From NCBI GenBank assembly GCA_965153455.1, contig OZ234493.1, forward strand, positions 31,610,213 to 31,674,212: a stretch of DNA of 64,000 bases, read 5' to 3'. Below, one piece after another: positions 27,101-41,107 of this stretch. Made by a program: the position numbers and the translations under genes. The DNA comes from Sphagnum compactum. Its lineage: Eukaryota. Within the stretch, counting starts at the first letter, position 1, and each line of letters begins with the position of its first letter. Below the pieces are notes generated by a model. That model saw only the letters and a program-made list of their open reading frames with translations, made no database searches and had not been told where the DNA came from.

Positions 27101-30100
27101 TAAATCCCTGAGAAGAAAGCTGTGTATGGGTATTGGTTGCACCTGCTGCTGTGACTCTGGTAATAAGAAAGGGGTAGTTTGCAGTGGCGATGAAGAAGGC
27201 AATGCAACCTCCTGCACTTGAACTTGTGAAGGTACCCCCGACCAGGCTTGAGGTTGTTGCAAGCCTGTGAAGGCTGCAAAACCCAAATTTGGTAATAACT
27301 GCGGTTCATCTGGTTGCTGTAGTTGAAATGACTGTTCAAATGAAGTATCAGAGGTAGCATCTTTAGCACATTGTGCTGACCCTGTCTGAGGTTGAGAGGT
27401 TTGTGTTGTTTCTGCTACTGCTCCTGGAGATCTAAGCAGTTGCATAGAAGCCAAAGACTGCCATGCTTGAAGTTTTGAAGGAAAGGAACTTCCCCCTGAC
27501 TGAGTTTTAGGTTGCAAGCTTTGTGAAGCTCCAGAACCTATATTTGGTACAGACAAACTGGGCTCCTGTGCTTGTGGTTCAGAACCTCCTGATGGAGCTT
27601 GAGGTTGCAAACATGGTGAAGCCTCAGAACCCACACTCGGTGAGGACGACAATTCCTTGACTGTGGTCTCCAAAGCAGCAGCATCTTTGGAGCTGCACAG
27701 CAGCATTTCAGGGTGTACAGAAGAAGTAACCACAGGAGAGCCTTCTTGTAAAGAAGGCACCACAAGTTCAACTGGAACAGAAGCCGAAGGTTGAGATGCA
27801 GGAGCATGGTAATTAGCACACATTCCCTTCAACTTCTGATACAATGTTTCTTCCAGTTGGTCAACATACTTGTACTTGATTCCCATTTCAGCTTCTGCAC
27901 TTTTGATTGTCGCTCTTTTGTTGAGAGGGTGATGTAAATTATGAGCTGCTACCCAACACTGAATAGAAAGACACCAACAAACTCAAAACTTTTCAGTCAG
28001 TCGTAGTCCTGCATTGTGTGGAACCAGTAATAGCATATGACAAATTATAGCAGAGAAGAATCAAACTACTTTCTGATGAAGCTAGGAAACTGATTCCTTG
28101 CAAAATTCTTCTCATAAAGAGAGAGAGAGAGAGATCCATACCAGAGCAAGGTCAAGGGCAACAATCTCATAATGTGACCTCTTGTCCTTCAGCAAGCTCG
28201 ACATCTTGCTGACATGCATGACTAAGTCCTGAGCATGGTTGGCAACATTCTCCTGCACAAAAGGTAGAAAGAAAGAAATAAACCACCCACTCATCATACA
28301 TCAATAGAAAAAGCATCCGGGAGAAAAAGCATCTGGTCCACTGTGAAAATAGAAATAAATATCTACGAAATTGCAGAGAAAGAAAGTGTCCACAACAACA
28401 ATTTGAAGTCAACATGACCATTAACGCCCAATGAGCACAGTTGGCAACATTCTTGGCCTGCAAATATAGAAAGAAGAAACCCACTTCATCTAGGCATCCA
28501 TCAAAAGAAAAGGCTCCCAGTTCACTCTGGACTTTAAAAAAGCATTTCGATGTCTATGAAATGGCATAGAAATACAATCTCCACAACAACAGTGTGAACA
28601 ATAACATGACAATGAGTGGCAGTCATAGCCTCATGAGAGTCTCTCACAAAGTGTCAGACCCTAAAAGCCCTAAACCCCAACACCTGAAACCCATCATCTT
28701 CCTCACGAATGACAGTGACAAGCTGCCATGAATACCCACCCACTGACTTCAATCAGCTCCTGACAGTGGGTGTGGACAAGTATGTAGTAATCAGCCCAAC
28801 ATGTGGTCAAACCATGAATACCATATTCACGTCTCCAAGTTTCTGTCTCGTTTCCAGAAGCAACAGAAAGACTACTTGGTCATGACATTTGGCTACCACT
28901 CAAGAGACATAGCTCAAGGTGAGAAGCAGTAAAACAAAAGAGAAAAATAAGGACAGAGAAAAAAAGAGTATTCAAATCCAAGGTAGAGAGCTTGGAGTGC
29001 CAGTAGACCATCTCAGAATTCTGAAACCACTGCTAAAGAGACTGAATACATCCTAAACAGAACAGCCCCAGAAGCAGGAGGAAATGAGGTTCTTTGGTCC
29101 TCATGGCCACCAAACAGACTTAAAACAATAATATACCCAATCTCCACAGATCTGAGAAACCCACAGCCCAAAAGACACACAGTCGCACTGCACAAAATCC
29201 TTGGAAACTCACAAAAACCCAAAGAAAGGGTTTTATGACTATTTACTGGAAGCTTCAGTGCTTGGCAAAGCCGTGTGAGTGTTGTCATCATTGCGTCTAT
29301 GAGCTGAATACATTTTGCTGTCACTGTTGTCGACCCTTCCTGTTGTCTTCCAAACAGACTTACCCCTGCATCAGTCACTGTTGTCCTTGGGCTTGTTCCT
29401 GCTGTATCAGTAGTGGGTAGGACAGCAGGAGTGCTCCCTCCTGAAGTAGACACAGAAAGTTCCTTGTCATGAGAAGAACTTCCATCATTGAGACAAGAAT
29501 GGTCTTCTTCTTCCCTGTCGAAATCATTGGCGTCCATAACTTCATGTGGTTCATCAGTACATGGTTGAGCGGAATTGAAAAACTCTGTATCCTGGTTCTC
29601 AGGACTTTCTCCTGAGCTCCAGTCTGGATCACCATTGTCACTGCCACCAGTCCGTTGCAATCTCTGCAGTCTTCCTTCTCGTTCTTCGGTCACTTGGGCT
29701 TTCGTGTATGCTGCCGATGCCAATGCCTCTTCACTGTAAGCTACCTTTCTTCTTTCTCGCTGTCCTTTGCCTAGATTGTTCACCTAATGTACACCAACAG
29801 GCAAGAAAAAATGCACACACAAAGGCTGAAGGTCTCAGTGCACAAAAATACTAAAATCTCACAGGAACCCACCACAAGGATCTTGGGCAATCCTTTGATC
29901 CAGGTTTGTGGGTGTGCAACATTTTTGCAAACCCACAAAGTGATTCTTTGCTTGAAATGGAGACCTACAGTAACTAATGGAGGTCAGCATACAAACAGAT
30001 ATCATCAAAGGAATATGCGATGACTTTCCAGTTATGAACATCTACAGAAAGACTACCCTGAGAATGCAAATGACAGATGTGTACAGTCATATCAAGAAAA

Positions 30101-33100
30101 AGGAAAGTAAGCGTACCTCTTGGGCTTGCCACTCTTCATGCCTCCTTTTCAAAAGTGATGTCCAAAAGCCTTCCACTGACTTCCTAGTGTCTAGAACTAC
30201 ATGACTTTCTGTGAAAACAGGCGCCATATCTTCTCTTGACGAAAAAATAGAACCCAACAATTCATCCCTGACTGACCACCCATCACAAACTTCTGGGGTC
30301 AACACCCCATACACAAGCTTCCGAGCCCTTTCTGCATCATACCAAACTCTTTGCAACTCACGTCTTGAACTAAGATCTTGTAGGTTGTTTCCCTTGAACC
30401 CACCCAAAGAACCTGCACTTTGTGCCCTCAAGTGAGTTGTTGTTTCGGCATTATCATACAAGTCAAATATCTCTTTCACACCTCTCATGAGAACTCGGTG
30501 GCAAACTTTTGCACTGACCATAGAGTTTGAAGAGATCACGGGTATTTTCTTGTCATGGGAAAGAGCAAGAATGTTTTCCTCCACACTCAGTTCAGTGTAA
30601 AGCCTGAACACAGCTAGAGGTTTTTTGCCTCCAATTCCTTCAAAATGAACTTTTTTCAAAGCCCTGGTGTCATTTTCTGGGTTCCAGTCACTGTCGTAAA
30701 TGATGACGAGCTGCACATTCCTTAACGAAATGTGGATGCCAGACTTGAGGAGGAACACAAACTGCTTTGAGGAATCAGAATTGAATCGTTGGGTTGCAAG
30801 TTGCTTGTGATTAACTGCCATATCAGAATCCACTTGCTCAAATGAATCTGCCCCAAATAACTGAAGCATATACTTGTCGAGAATGTTCAGCTGTTTTGTT
30901 TCCTGGAAATGCAGGAGATTTAACAGATCAGAAGAGGGCAACATTGAAGGGGGAAAATATAACAAAGGGCAAAAAAAATAACAGCTTGAGATTACGGGAA
31001 CTGTCTAACAAATCCAACCATACCTGAGCAAAAATAACAACACGCCAGCCAGCTGACTGAAGAATGGGAAGGATTAAATGCAAGAGTCGCATTTTTCCAC
31101 TCATTTGAATGTGGGCTTCTAGAATCTCCCTCGGTGTAAGACCAGGCCCAATTTGTGCTTCCAATGTTGCATCTGCCAAAAATGGATGGTTGCATGACTG
31201 CCCAAATGCACACATATATACACCATCAGAAAACTTTGTAGCGACTCTCCAGAGTCCAGAATAATGCCTAGATAAGCTTAAGACCACCCTGATGACAGGA
31301 GCAAGTCCTGAACATAGCTCCTGAGAACTCTGGCTATCCTATGCTCTCTTAAAGTCCACAGCAGCTCAGAGTGCAGTCATAGGGCTTGGGGCATCCTCTC
31401 TAGAGAGAGGTTCAAACCTGGCGAAGCTTTGCAACTACTGTTTGAATCTGGGTAGAGCACTGGTCACGACGGTTCCGAGAAAGAGCAGGAAAATTTTTCA
31501 CTAGGATGTCACAGTACTGGTGAAGGTGCACATGCGTCAGCTCAACAGGTACCCAATATTCTGCCAGAGGTGTAGTCGGAGTGTACTCCCGGAGGCGTCC
31601 TCTCAGTTGCTGCTGTAAGTCTGCAATAAGAGCACCTTCCTGTCCGTACATGACATCACTCTTTTCTGGCTCAAGAAAAGCGATGCATTGTGAAAGCTCC
31701 TCCACATTCATCTGCATGGCAAATTATGTGGTACAAGAACATCAATTTTTTCATCAACAGCATGTTGTACCCTGAAATAAAACTGTTACAAATGAGACTG
31801 GTTCACAGAGCCCAAAAACCTGAATGCAATCAACATACATACAAAGGGTTTAGGGTTTTAGGTTTTGGGCAAAAATCCCACCTTCAAAGTTTCACTCAAG
31901 AGCAAGAGGCGGAACACGGAACTGAGTTGACAGAAGGCACGAAATGCCTTTTGCGGACGAGGTCGTCGTGCCTCATCAACAATCAAAACCTCCCAATCAA
32001 CCTTCTCCAAGACCTCCATGTCCTGGACAGTTGACATTCATGATGATGTAAGTCCAACAACATATCAGCTTAAAGCCACAGAAAGTCTGCTTGATTCAAA
32101 CAGAGCTGAGACTCATACTAAAGATATCAAAGACACATACCAGCTTACCCATCATGTAATCTACAGTCTATTCCCCAGAAATCCACAAGGTTATATACAG
32201 CTTATTTGTTTGATAACTTGCAAGCCCTAATCAAGGGTGCCTTGGGTTTTGATAGTAGGGCAACATGGATGGAAAGTTTCATAAAGGAGGCATATATCCT
32301 CACAGCATTGAGGACTTCAAACGTAGTCAAAACAATGTCTGGTTTAAATGGTCCACCAGGAAGGTTGAATTCAACTCTACGGATCACTTCTCTAGCTTCC
32401 TCGTTTTTTGTAGCATAGGAGACAAGATTCAGTTTCGGGGCCCAAAGTCGAAGCTCTTGTTCCCAGCTTGAAAGCAACCCGACATGAACAACAATCAGGG
32501 TCGGCCGCACCACTTGCAAGTCTTCCACCAACGATAAGATGAAAAGGATTGTTGTCACCATCTTCTCCTGCATCCAGCATCAGTCATAGTATTGGGAGAT
32601 CAGTACTCACAACCTTGGGTTCTCTGGAAAAAGGGTTCCATATGTGTCATCAACTAAAACTGTAAAAACAGCTGTGACCATAAAAGACCATAATCTCCAG
32701 AACTCCACAGACATATCAACTTGAAACCCTAGAATTCAGATATCCAAGACAGGGTTGAAATGTTAGATTTCTCACCTGACTGCCCTCATCCACCAAGATT
32801 CCATTCATGCGATTATGCCACCATTCCCGTAACTGGTTCAGTGCATCTAACTGGGTTGATGTAATGTGCCCTGACAAAATCCAATCAGGCTGCTTGTCCA
32901 GATTGAGCAATGGCTTGTTATGTAACCTATCAGCCTGCAACCGACCCCTTCAACAACATCTCATCACTTCAGGAGAATCTCTTGAAACCCCAGGAATCAG
33001 AACTAGACTGTTGAGAGAGGACAGTCCTTTTCCAGCCCACAAGACCCAAATGCCAAAATCTGCCACTACGCTAGATATTTTCTTTCCCTGACAAGAAAAC

Positions 33101-36100
33101 CTTGTTCTAGAAATTGATCCAATCTCATAGCTGCTGGTTTATGACATATATAATGATCAGAAGCACTCTCTCCATGGGCCTTGGTTTATCGGACGCCATA
33201 AACTCACAAAAGCACCAATTCAAGCAAGTATGGATTTTTTTTCACATAACACAGTTCTGCATGTAAAAAGAGCCAGCACACCTATCCCTAACTGTGTTTC
33301 AGCTGCAGGTCATGCACCAGAATAAAATCTGATTCATGTTTCAAATCATTTCTTGGGTGCATACTTTGCTCCTAGTCTCAACAAAACAAACTTCCTTAAA
33401 ACAAAGCACACACCCTCAACCCTAAACAGTTGGTCCAAGAAATCATGCAAAAGGACAAACTGCTGATCACTCAATGGTAATTAGCAAATCACACACCTCT
33501 TCAATTCGTTTACAACTAATCCGGTCACTTGCTGCTTTCGTCCACTGTTCATAAGCTAAAAAAAGCTTGCTCATTTCTGGAGATGCAAGAATGCCAGTAT
33601 CTGCTGGTTCCCAAGTGCACTGCTCATAGCCTAATCCTGTCCACTTTACAAGCCACTCAACCCTACATATACCACTGTCTGTCACCTGCCTTCTCTTTAT
33701 CACACGCTCTGGCTGAGCCCATCCAGGATTCCACTTGTCAACCTGCAAAAAAAATGGTATATCAGTTGAACATTATCTCGGCTACTCAAACATGCAAAGT
33801 CTCCCCGCCCACATGCTCAATTCCTTGATTTACAGTTGCAACAGCTTGATCTTCAAGCTGGGTCACAAGACAAGAATGGAAGGTGGCATGTAATCTAGCA
33901 GTACAACTGTTTAGGACACCACACAGTTGACTAGCAAGTTTGAGATGTGGGCTAATGTAGAGGAACTTACTTGTCCTTGAGCCAATGATTTCCTGAAACG
34001 GGCGAGCTCTTTCGGTCCTAATTTGATGAGTTCTGCCTCTGGAAGCCACTTATTGTGTGCATGAGAACGTGATTTCCACTGCACGAGATACTCCCATTCA
34101 CCTTCTAGTTCCAGTTTTGAACCATGGTATCTCTCCCTAAGCTCAGAGTTGTTGACCTTGTCATCTATCTCTTCCAGTGAGTGTTGTTTCCAAGCTTGTT
34201 GGGATGAGGAAATCACAGTTGCATAATTGACACCCACCACTTGATCACTACAATCTCTATCCCCCCTAAAAGGCTCTTTATTGGTCAAATCTATGTTCTT
34301 GTCAGGCCCCATGGTCTTCTCATGGACCCTGTGAGTTGCAGTTGCATTGCATGGTACAGCAGCTGTGCCAACTTTTCGTGCAGCCCAGATCCGTTCAATT
34401 GTGCCTCCTTTACGCTTAAATTCACATTGGGGGCAGTACCATTCACCTGCTGGAACTGCCTCTAATGGAGGGTCTAAACAATCCTTGTGATACACAGCCC
34501 GACACCCTCTTCCATCACATAAACTGTCACAAAAAATATACCATTTGAGCCCCCCAGACACACCCATCCACCCAAATAAAACCATTAAGGAATTTACTAC
34601 TTTTAGATCTCTCCTGGTTTCGGGGTAATGCAAAAAAATTGTGTACATCAAAAAGAATGTTCAAGCATCATCATCAGCACAGTCAAAGTTCAGTAGAAAG
34701 AGCAGCCTTACATAAGCTCTCCTCCAGTATCACATTCCTCACAAAGACTGTTATGATCATCGCTGCTAGGAAACTCTTCCATGTGCATTTGTTCATCATC
34801 ATCACACAATTGTCTACAAGAGTCTAGTATGGATGATGACTTTGCTGTTGTTACATTTCTTCCTGGTGAAGAAGAAGTCTCGACCAGAGGCTTCCCCATC
34901 GTACTGTAATGTGTCCAACCTACAGTATCACAATCATTGCCCATGAATTTTTCATCAGCAGTTTGTACAGCATTTGCAACTTCAATCCCAACCCGAGTGC
35001 CAAGTTCCCTTCCTTCATGGTGATTGCCCAAGATTTCAATCTGCATAAACGGTGCAATTTGCCCCTCATGTGAATGGGAACAATGACTTTTCTCTGAAGA
35101 AAAAGCATGAACCATAGATTTACTTGCAACAGGAGCTTGCAAGAGACTTGTTTCACAGTGACTGCTGTGTTGCTCATCTTCATTCACAAGTTGCATGTGA
35201 CTTGTTGGAGCCCCAACAGTCCTCGGAGGCAACATTTCAATTTGCTCAATAAAATGGGTTTCAGTCCCTTGGTACCCTTCATTGTGGCATTTTCCAGGTG
35301 TAGAATCTGTGGTACAATTGATAACAGTAATGTTTGTGATTTGAGATTCTTCCCCAATGGGTTGGCCTTCTTCAGTGTTACTACCTATATGCATTTTCCT
35401 TGTGGACCTTGTAACTTGTTCTGGGAGCTGGGTATCGTTAGGCTCAATTTCCTGCTGCAGGAGCTTTACCCTTGGAACACCAATGATCTGCAACAATGCT
35501 CCATTTGATCCACGATTACTGCCATTTTTCTCATCTTGATTTGCCAGCTCCACAGCACCAGAAGGTTCACCACCTCTGTCAACAGAACAGAAGACAGTAC
35601 CAATGAAAACAAAGTCAGGAGCATTTGTAGAATTTGCATTAGACACTGCCAAACAGCCACCAATCAAGGCTATCCGCCACCCACTCACATGTCAGATGGT
35701 CTTATTGGCCATCCCTAAGAGGGCCTGCTTGCACAGTACATAGGACATAGAGAAAACAAGTGACAGTACAAGTGTCATGACCTAGAGAGCAACAAGCATG
35801 TACCTCAGAATGTGATTCTGGTGCTCTGTGCTGTGTGTGGTCCGCTCATTGTGCTTTTCACCTTGAGCTTTCACCACTGACCTCTTCTGACTGCAACTTG
35901 GGCAAAAGAACTTGGAGGTAGGTACTTCCAGTAAGGGAGGGTCCAAACACCCCAAGTGGAATGTATTTCTGCACCTTTTCCCATCACAACACCTGCAAGT
36001 ATATCAGCATGTAAAGTTTAAGACCCACCGGCCCAAACTGATGATTTTTCTAATGAGTCCAATTCCCACTCTTGTGCTCATCCTCTAAAAGGCTATATAT

Positions 36101-38997
36101 ATACATATATATATACTCTTGCTCCTGATTGTAGCAGGAAAAGATCAAGAAAGACACATGTGCAGTACTTTCATTCATTCACCATGAATCATTGAACACT
36201 ATTGCTCAAAGAAACACAAGAGTCTGAAATCCGAATGTGCTAACATACAAATTGCAAAAGTGTCAGCGGCAGAAGAACTCACAGAAGCTTGCCACCGAAA
36301 TTGCATTTTTGACAAAGGTGGTTGTACTCCATCCAATCCATTGCTGATTCCTCACCTGATGACTCCACATGTTCCCTTGCTGCTTCACCACGAGCTGCAG
36401 AAGATTGGTGTCCCTCTTCTTCCTGTGTACTTTCCAAAATCTTGAGGAGCACCCGATGATCAAAAGCACTTAATCCAAGACTCTTCCCAGAAGAAATATC
36501 CCGTATTTTCCCCCCGAGTTCACGAGAAAGATCCGCTGCCCAATTCACTGGGTTTCCAGATTCTTCCATCAGACAGGCAGCAACAAATCTCATCCGCAAC
36601 ATGATGACAAAGCTTTCTTCATCATACTCCCGAATCCATGTATCCTTCAACCGCTTTGCAAACTCACAGTTTTGATCAAGTGTTGTGAAATCCAATCCCT
36701 TGGAGCTCCGCCCACGCCGCGGAAACCGACTCCTCACTTTCTCAGTTCCAAGTTTCTGTATGCATTCTCGTGGCATGGGGCCTATGGAGCTTTTCTTGAA
36801 GATTTTTCCAAGTGACTCAGGATCAATTCGAAGCACACCCCCATCCGAGAGTTCAAGCTCCTTCTTCAGGGTATCATACACAACAATCCTCTTCTGGGGC
36901 AAAATTTCAATATCCACAGGTAATCTCTCATGTACATGCTGAGCTGCATCACACTCTTTGGCAAACTTTGTCTTCTCTCTTACGTTCCTTTCTTGCACAT
37001 GACCTCTGCTTTCTCGCATCCTCTTCATCCCAACCTGAAATTCAGTACAAGATGAGGATAATCGTGCAAAAGAAGAGTGTTACCCCATGGACCCAAATTT
37101 GCAAAGCTAATAGATAGTGAGCACAAATGCATGGCCCGTTCGAATCAGCACAACAAATCCCAAAAACCCAGCACCTTGTTCAGGGAAGCCACCATGTATG
37201 TTCCATGTCCTAAAGCAAACCCAATACCCTACTGAACCACAACATTATGCCCTATTGAGAAATTCCAAAGCAGAAGCTATCTCTCACCTTACCTCCAAAC
37301 TCCTATAAGAAAGAAAACATAAAAAGAAAATTGTTTTCCAGAGCCCATTTAAGATTAAAAAATTTCTGCCACCCTTTCTCTCAAAGACTAAGTGCATATA
37401 GCAGATGAGAAACTAGCAACACAGACCTGATTTTCAAATGCAGCATCTCCTTTACTTTGCACCTCCAAATTTCTACCACCTTCTGCACATTGGATGCAGT
37501 GTAATAAGATTGACGTGTCTTGAAGGGATTCAGGATTAGGTGTAAAGTTTCATGTCTGGAATTCCGGGATTAGGGTTTAAGGATTTGAGGATAAGCTTGC
37601 AAATTTTTACACAAGAGATAGATGTATGAGAATGTAGACACACATTTGTGTGAGTTGTACTATCATGGAAAAATCAGGAGTTTCCTTAAGACATATACTC
37701 AGATATTGGCATAATATAGCCATGGAATCCAATAGAGTTTTTAACTGACCAGCTCCCGATTGATGTTGTTCATTCTGGCGAGATTGCTTGCTTTTGTGTT
37801 CAAACTCCATTTGCTTCTTTCCCCTATCATCATCCTGTTCAGACTCTCCTAAACCAGGAAAATCTCCTCCTTCATGTACATCATTGAGAAGCTGATGCTC
37901 TGTTATTAGAACCTTGTTCACCACCCGACATGGGGTTCTAGCAGATGGGGTTCCATCTTTAACATGATCATCATGATCAAGTTGCTGTCTTCCAGATTCT
38001 GTTGCTGCTACAAGCAATTCCTCACTAGTGTTTCCCCTCACTACCCAAGATTTACTACTTCCCCTCTGTTCCTGGTTTTCACCACCCAATTGTTGCAGGT
38101 GATCACTTTTGGCATCCAAGACTTCACATTTGTTTCCACCGCATTTCTTGATCCATTCTTCCCCTGCTGCAAGTATCTTGGTATGTGGTGTCATTGTGCT
38201 TAATCTCTCCCTCTTGTTTTGAATTGGAGACGATGGTTCCATCTCCATACACATCCGCTTCCCACCAACCTATGAACAATCATAGATAGATCACATTGCT
38301 TTCACACACCTAAGACCAACATGATAAAGAATACTAGAGCATGCAACTCTGAAACTGGGCTGTCATAAGAAGGGGCTTTGCTCCACACACACAATGATGC
38401 ACTGACCTCGGTTCCATTTCTGCTAGGGTTGTCTTTTTCAGTTGATGCTGCTTCACAGTGTCCATGGGAATGGCATTGGCTTTGGCTTCTTAACTCACTA
38501 GATGTAACCACATGATGAGCTTGAAAAAGTGCTCCCTCATTCCATGGTTCCAAAGAAACATTATCCTCCTTTCTATTCCCAAACGTCAAAATGCTTGCAA
38601 GCTCCAACCCGCCATTCTCAGTAGTGTGACCAGCATCTTGTCTGCGTAGCCCTATGGACTCGCCATATTCTGTCACCACCAAACCTAAGACAATCACATA
38701 TCTTTTTTGAGCTAATACCCAAAAACAAATCACTTTACGCTGTTCTAGAATTTTTCGTCAGTTGACTACTACTGCCATCTTATAATGATCAAATTTCTTG
38801 CTGCTCACAAACACAACCTAACATCTGTGGATAACTTCGTGTTGAGAAATTCACCAAGATCCAGCATTGCACAAAACATTGAAACAGCCATTACCTCCAA
38901 GTCCACCATCCTCATCATCAATGTTCACAACTTCATCTTCATCCCCCTTCCAACCAGCAATTATCTCCCCTCTCCACTTGGGCACATCCACATCCAT
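24167..38997 (-). CDS. MOM1: MOM1-like (CHD3-derived) silencing factor: PHD-PHD-chromo-chromo-degenerate SNF2-CMM2-like coil-SIM; about 22 exons
   Basis: ATG at 38997 (MDVDVPKW), with exons 38997-38895, 38669-38407, 38269-37750 and 37482-37427 in frame. PHD1: CQKCNFGGKLL/CCDGKRC..FHLGCLDPPL..CPSC. PHD2: CEECDTGGEL/LCDGRGC..YHKDCLDPPL..WYCPQC. Chromodomains: EYLVQWKSRSHAHNKW and EWLVKWTGLGYEQCTWE. SNF2 remnants: ILVDEGSQ, LIVDEAR, CNHPFL, SGKMRLL, IYDSDWNP. CMM2-like helix (25507-24955) and C-terminal LIYLSDSEDEQ. Some internal junctions were not traced. Confidence 0.82.
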
Positions 38998-39219
38998 CTA
39001 GAAAAATGTGATGTGATCTCACTCTTCAGTCCAAACAGACCTGCAGCGGCACATAATTGGTTGTCAGTTACTTCAACAAATAGGACAAGGGTTGTCAAGC
39101 TTTCTTGCTGTTACCAATGAAGCATTTTTCTCAATCATTTATCCTCAAATGATTGCCACCTTATCAAGATAAATGCACATCAGAAACTTTCAATGTTCTT
39201 TTGCAATGAATGATCCTCC

Positions 39220-40190
39220 AACTACTACTTACCTATTGACCAGTATACCTTTCCTCTTCCTAGTGAAAATGTTTTGGAAACTTGGAAACTCCTCCAACTA
39301 CTACTTACCTATTGGCCAGTATACCTTTCCTGTTTCCTAGTGACAATGTTTCAGAAACTTGGAAACTTGTTTTTCCCTTGAATGAGGAGGAGACCCTAAT
39401 TCTCAAGAACTTTCTCCAGAACCCTAATTTCTGAAAAAGACATTTTTCTCCTTGACAAAATGCAAAAGCCAAAGAATGTGGAGAAAATCACAATTGGGAA
39501 TCATCATAATTGGAAACTTGGAAACTTGTCTTTCCCTTGAATGAGGAGGAGGCGCTAACTCTCAAGAACTTTCTCCAGAACCCTAACTTCCGAGAAAGAC
39601 ATTTTTTTTCCCTTGTTTTTTCTCCTTGACAGAATGCAAAAGCCAAAGAGTGTGGAGAAAATCACAACTGGGAATAGTGCAGGTCAGAAGTAGATGGCTG
39701 GGAACTTTCTCCAGATCCCTAATTTCCGAGAAAGACATTTTTTTCCCTTGACAATATGCAAAGGCCAAAGAGTGCAGAGAAAATCACAATTGAGGATAAT
39801 TCAGGTCCGAAGTAGATGGCAGGGAACTTTCTCCAGAACCCTAATTTCTGAGAAAGACATTATTTTTCCTTGACAAAATGCAATGGTCTAAGAGTGCAGA
39901 GAAAATCACAATTGGGAATAATGCAGGTCAGAAGTAGATGGCAGGGAACTTTCTCCAGAACCCTAATTTCTGAGAAAGACATTATTTTTCCTTGACAAAA
40001 TGCAATGGTCTAAGAGTGCAGAGAAAATCACAATTGGGAATAATGCAGGTCAGAAGTAGATGACAGGGAACTTTCTCCAGAACCCTAATTTCTGAGAAAG
40101 ACATTTTTCTTCCTTGACAAAATGCAAAAGCCAACGAGTGTGGAGAAAACCACAATTGGGAATAATGCAGGTCAGCAGTACATGGCAGGG
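39220..40190. repeat. Tandem repeat array, mainly 122-bp units, plus an adjacent ~70-bp duplication, upstream of the MOM1-like ATG
   Basis: GGAACTTTCTCCAGA(A/T)CCCTAATTT... at 39701, 39823, 39945 and 40067. Diverged copies at about 39407, 39566, 40445 and 40840. Confidence 0.9.
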
Positions 40191-41067
40191 AAGCACAAAA
40201 AAAGACAAAGCCTTGACTTACATAGTTTGAGCATGCAAGCTCAACAACAACACCCCTTGCATTCGCATATGTGCAAGCCCATTGATGCTCCTTCCTCTTT
40301 CAAAGTTCTCCTTGTGAAATCTATTGTTGTAAACCCCAGAAACAAAAGATTAGAAACAGAAAACACAAAGGGATTCAGAAAACAGAGACAAGAAGGTCTA
40401 CAGCAATCTGAGCATCATCATCAACAACAAAAACAACACAAAAATCTCCAAAACCCTAATTTCCTAGAAGACACTTTTCGTCAACAAAATGCAAAGCCCA
40501 AAGAGAATCGAGAAAACATTAGAGTTTGGGTGGGGGGAAAAAAAGGGCAGAGAAGAAGAAGAAGAAGAAGAAGAAGAAGAAGAAGAAGATGCAACGAAGA
40601 ACTGCAAAAGACGAAGAAGCCTCGAACTCACATACCTATGTCTTGAGAGCAAGTTCCACAACAACAACACCCATTGCATTCATTCTCAGAAATGCACATC
40701 CAGACACTTGATGATCGTTTTTTCTTCAACTTCCTTGTGAAATGGATCTAACTGCACATTCCAGAAACAAAACAGGGGGATTCAAAAGAGACAATGTGAC
40801 AAGCAATGTGAGTGAGCATCATCATCCACAACACAAGATTCTCCAGAACCCTAATTTCCGAGAAGACATAATTCCTAGACCAAAAAAAAAAAAAAGTTGC
40901 AAATCCAAAGAGAGTCAAGAAAAAAGGGCAGGGAAGAAGAAGAAGATGATGATGCAAGGATGCTTAATGACTTCCCCCCAACCCTCCCCCCTCTTTGCAA
41001 ATTCCTTGTTGAGAAGGGTTTCTACTGCAAAAATTCCAGAAACAAAATCAGGTCAGGAAAAAACAAA

Positions 41068-41107
<40 letters not shown>

